NCBI GenBank assembly: GCA_965235115.1
Contig: OZ249436.1
Span: 30,568,001-30,632,000, forward strand
Length of the DNA stretch: 64,000 nucleotides
Direction of reading: 5' to 3'
Source: Laetmonice hystrix
Lineage: Eukaryota
The stretch's first letter is position 1; every line of letters starts with the position of its first letter. Of the stretch, positions 61,357 to 64,000 are shown one piece after another. The translations under genes were made by a program, and so were the position numbers. Under the pieces are notes generated by a model. The model did no database searches. It was not told the origin of the DNA and saw only the letters and a list, made by a program, of their open reading frames with translations.

Positions 61357-61614
61357 GGCCCGGTTTTTAGTTTGGAAACTGAGTCTTAAGATTCAAATCT
61401 TAAGACTGAACTCTTGTTTCAGAGCTTCTGATTGGCCCTTCAAATCAAGTCAGTCTTAAAATTCCAGTCTTAAGATTGGTAAAATGACGAACTAAAAACT
61501 GGGGCCAGGGGTGCGTTCCTCATCTATCGTTATCCTGTCGTGCGTTAAAATCCCCATTGAAAATACATTGGAGTTAACGATACGACAAGCTAACGACATG
61601 ATGAGGAACACCCC
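61357..61614. mobile_element. Two different CWG-TSD Harbinger-type MITEs side by side (61357-61505; 61509-61614)
   Basis: CTG-GGCCCGGTTTTTAGTT...AACTAAAAACTGGGGC-CAG-GGGTGCGTTCCTCATC...GATGAGGAACACCCC-CTG; partial relative of the first at ~30175-30240. Confidence 0.8.
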
Positions 61615-62995
61615 CTGGTCCGGCATTGCAATTCTTGATATGCAGTATTTCGACATTGTTGATACTTATTAGAAATAAATTGTATGAACCCAATAATACT
61701 GTGGATAGCGCAGATATCTTGCGGCTATAATGAAAATGACGAGAAACCTAACCTGGACCAACGCAGAACCTCGACCAGGAAAGCCTTTTAAGATCTTCAC
61801 TTGGTTCTAAACGCTATAGGCCCCTGTATTAGGCAGAGTAGGCCTAATCTATCATTGAATAATATGGATACTTCATTCCCTATTAGAGTTTGGCGGTCCG
61901 CATGTATGAACTATATTGGACGGGGACCAATGAGTCAATCACAGGACCCGCTAAAAATTCTTGTTCGATAGGGCTAATAAAAAAAGTACATGTAGTTAAC
62001 TGACCCTGGACATTATTTAATCCCTGGTCAATCCTCTACGTATAGGTCCCTTATATCTTACAGGTGTTTCTATATAGTAGCCTGATTATTGTCCTACTGC
62101 ATGTTAAACCAAAGACCTTTGATATACATGTATAGGGTTTAGACCATCTTGCACAAGACAAGACAACACGTTTGCATACATAAATCGTGAATTATGCACA
62201 GTGGGGGCCGAATTATGCACAACATGCACCCTGAGTCGTTTCTGTCATCACTCGTCTGCCTCTTAAACCCGCTATGATTGGTTATCCCTGTTGGCGCCAC
62301 AATGCACTTTGTCGTTGATGGGGGGGGGGGGGGGGGGGGGGGGTCCAGCCGTGTTCTGGAGCTCGTGATGTGAGGTCCACGAACAAGAGCCGCGATTAAT
62401 TTGCTCCCCCGGTTGTCGACTCTCGCTTGTGAAGCCTGCGTCAGCTTCCGAGGGAACACTTCCAGAGCTGAGGCTTCGACGGGACGATGTTCCGGGTGAT
62501 CGTTCTTACTTTGATCCTCTACAGGTCTACATGGGCGGTTTCAGGTGGGTATAGTATAGATCATTCTTGTTACTAGCTACTGGTACCAGCGCTGCAGGTC
62601 ATTGGGCCACTCATCTGGTGTGATGATAAAATGTATTTCCGGCTGAAGACGAGGATGATGGAGAGAAAATAGAAAACAGAGGACACAAAACTAGGTGATG
62701 TATAAGATTCCGCAATATATAATGATGTTATCTTTGTCTTTAAACACCATTTTGCAACAGAAGGAAAGATATCAAACGAAAACTCCCGAAAACAAAATAA
62801 AGTTATTTCGCTGCGCTATAGATAGGCATGTCTGCCTAAAGTAAAGCGGTGTTCTTCTGACTTTGACGTCATTGTTTTATTTCATTGCTGTTTTGACTAT
62901 TAAGGATGAACCCCAGTTCCAGAATCAGAGATTCACAGACCGCAACAACATATTACAGATTGAATTTCCACCTTTAAATTAAAACGGACGCCTTA

Positions 62996-63241
62996 AGGCC
63001 TGTACCCACTAGCGCGTTTTACCGCTGCGGTCCACGCTGAGCGACAAAACGCGCTAGTGGGTTCAGGCCTTACGGCAAGCACCACCGCCTTCAGGAGATA
63101 TGTGGACATTTCCGAATTACGTGGGATTCCGAATTTTATCACGATGAATACAACAATAACAGCTAAAGGCCTGAACCCACTAGCGCGTTTTGTCGCTCAG
63201 CGTGGACCGCAGCGGTAAAACGCGCTAGTGGGTACAGGCCT
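62996..63241. mobile_element. Pair of identical 75-bp hairpin mini-MITEs in inverted orientation (62996-63070, 63167-63241)
   Basis: Each unit has ~26-bp arms AGGCCTG(T/A)ACCCACTAGCGCGTTTT; outer flanks TTA/TTA. Confidence 0.85.
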
Positions 63242-64000
63242 TTAAGGAGAATCGCTTCAATTGGTCTGGGCCTGACCTTGTTTGTAGTCGCTATAGGAAT
63301 ATTACTATATAGGCCCTCTTATTGCATAACAAAAAGGTATTTAATTGATGCCTAATGCGCATGTAGAAATTACAAATTTTCACTAAAAGCATTTTATAGT
63401 CAATATCAATACCATAACGCGGAGTATGTTTATACATACGTGAAGAAATTAAAAGTAAATTTAAAATGGAAGTCACCTTTATAAAATAAGTGAATTCTAT
63501 CCTTATCAGACAAATGATCAAAGGAAAGCATAGCCCCAGGACGATAAGTCTATGGCGCTAATATACCCATGCCATTAACTTATTACCTTCCTACGGTTTA
63601 GATCTTGCAGTACAGAAAGAGTAAGACGCTTTTACATTCATTTTCTGTTCCTGGGGAACATGCAATGACGAAGGTGATCATAGACAGGTCATTGGGTTGA
63701 CAGTGCGTGTTTACCGTAATTGAAATATTTGATTCCGAGTTCAGGTCAAGTTCCATATGGCATGGGCAGTGGCGACTGTGCTTCTATAGTTTTAATATTT
63801 TATATTTAACAAAAGATACTTGCCGATATCGACGCGGTAAGCGGTGCCCAAGTGATAGAAAAACATTCACGGCATCGTTTCAATTCTATATACATGTATT
63901 TGTAAATTGACTCCATAAACCTGAACTCCTACGTCAAATTGCATTTACGTCCACTCATCCGATGAAGGTGTATACAACTGCTAAGCCTCGTGGTATCCGG

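Overview
Intron-rich, TE-rich metazoan DNA, probably from a marine invertebrate (inference from gene content and repeat types). Positions ~6.7-43.4 kb hold five conserved spliced genes, reconstructed exon by exon with consistent reading frames: OGFOD3 (-), REXO5-like DEDDh exonuclease (+), NAA60 (-), RRP7A (+) and INTS15/C7orf26 (-). They form two head-to-head and two tail-to-tail pairs. The last NAA60 intron is a minor-spliceosome (U12) AT-AC intron. The INTS15 3' UTR begins with a 52/54-bp tandem array of double hairpins. Positions 43.5-55.2 kb are a deeply nested DNA-transposon pile: a Harbinger-type MITE array contains an Academ-like element with a decayed XPG/Cys-rich ORF, which contains four further levels of Harbinger-type MITEs, including a triplicated 1320-bp MITE-in-MITE unit. 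Many other MITEs with TTAA, TA, TWA, CWG, 5-bp or 6-bp target-site duplications (TSDs) fill introns and flanks. The 5' end of an unidentified minus-strand gene may lie at 2.2-5.6 kb. No CRISPR, rRNA or intact tRNA was seen. Gene and superfamily names come from recalled protein and terminal motifs, not database searches.
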